This document shows positions 47,168-47,302 of a stretch of DNA of 47,302 nt, piece after piece. Positions within the stretch are counted from its first letter, which is position 1, and the number at the start of each line of letters is the position of its first letter. Source of the stretch: a virus. Below the pieces are notes generated by a model, which had not been told where the DNA came from, did not search any database, and saw nothing but the letters and a program-made list of their open reading frames with translations. Location: positions 1 to 47,302 of the IMG/VR virus record IMGVR_UViG_3300045988_075983. One strand, 5' to 3'. Both the position numbers and the translations under genes were made by a program.

Positions 47168-47302
47168 GACGCGCTCGCAAATAGGGCGCACAAGCCGTAC
47201 AAAGGGTAAAGTCGGAGAGCGGGAAGTTGCTCACTTGTTTATTGACAACGGCTTTCCAGACGCTCACAGAAGCGCACAGTGCAGAGGTAACAGCAAAGAC
47301 GG
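47145..47302 (+). CDS. 5' part of the junction-spanning Hjc-like resolvase gene (continues at base 56 after the overlap is collapsed)
   Basis: From ATG 47145 the frame is open to the end of the window and is in phase with the frame that ends at 275. Confidence 0.6.
   Translation, partial: MQNRNKNKTRSQIGRTSRTKGKVGEREVAHLFIDNGFPDAHRSAQCRGNSKD
47248..47302. repeat. Second copy of the 55-bp terminal overlap
   Basis: Identical to bases 1-55. Confidence 0.95.

Overview
The window is a complete Caudoviricetes (siphovirus-type) phage genome. Bases 1-55 are identical to 47248-47302, so the unique length is about 47,247 bp, and one gene (a Hjc-like resolvase) spans the junction.

Layout:
- 256-6700 (+): early or accessory genes, including a gp3-like small terminase candidate and an AAA+ ATPase pair.
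- 6701-7428: a 0.73-kb non-coding tract.
- 7429-17314 (-): NUMOD4/HNH endonuclease, short promoter/terminator units, four tRNA or tRNA-like genes, thyX, DUF3310-like gene, dut, zinc-ribbon and repeat proteins, a winged-helix protein and the large terminase.
- 17460-34514 (+): portal to tail fibre, with the tail-chaperone -1 frameshift, followed by a lysis cassette.
- 34599-37789 (+): a terminator-bounded accessory island.
- 37793-39842 (-): a small regulatory-looking module.
- 40145 through the junction (+): recombination and replication genes (exonuclease, methyltransferase-like, annealing-protein candidate, SSB, helicase loader, DnaB-like helicase, resolvase).

Near-consensus TTGACA-17-TATAAT promoters, GGAGG-type RBSs and XkdX-, BhlA-, SPOR- and BclA-like genes suggest a Firmicutes/Clostridia host. 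I found no integrase, CI-like repressor, CRISPR array, reverse transcriptase or stop-codon recoding.

The least-explained signals are:
- a family of short motifs shared by three large intergenic regions;
- a compact promoter-to-terminator unit that looks like an sRNA with a CCUCC tract;
- recurrent leader terminators;
- two non-canonical tRNA-like genes;
- a SPOR-like module encoded three times;
- the post-lysis island.

All coordinates were derived by hand and may be off by a few nt. All family names come from remembered motifs, not from searches.
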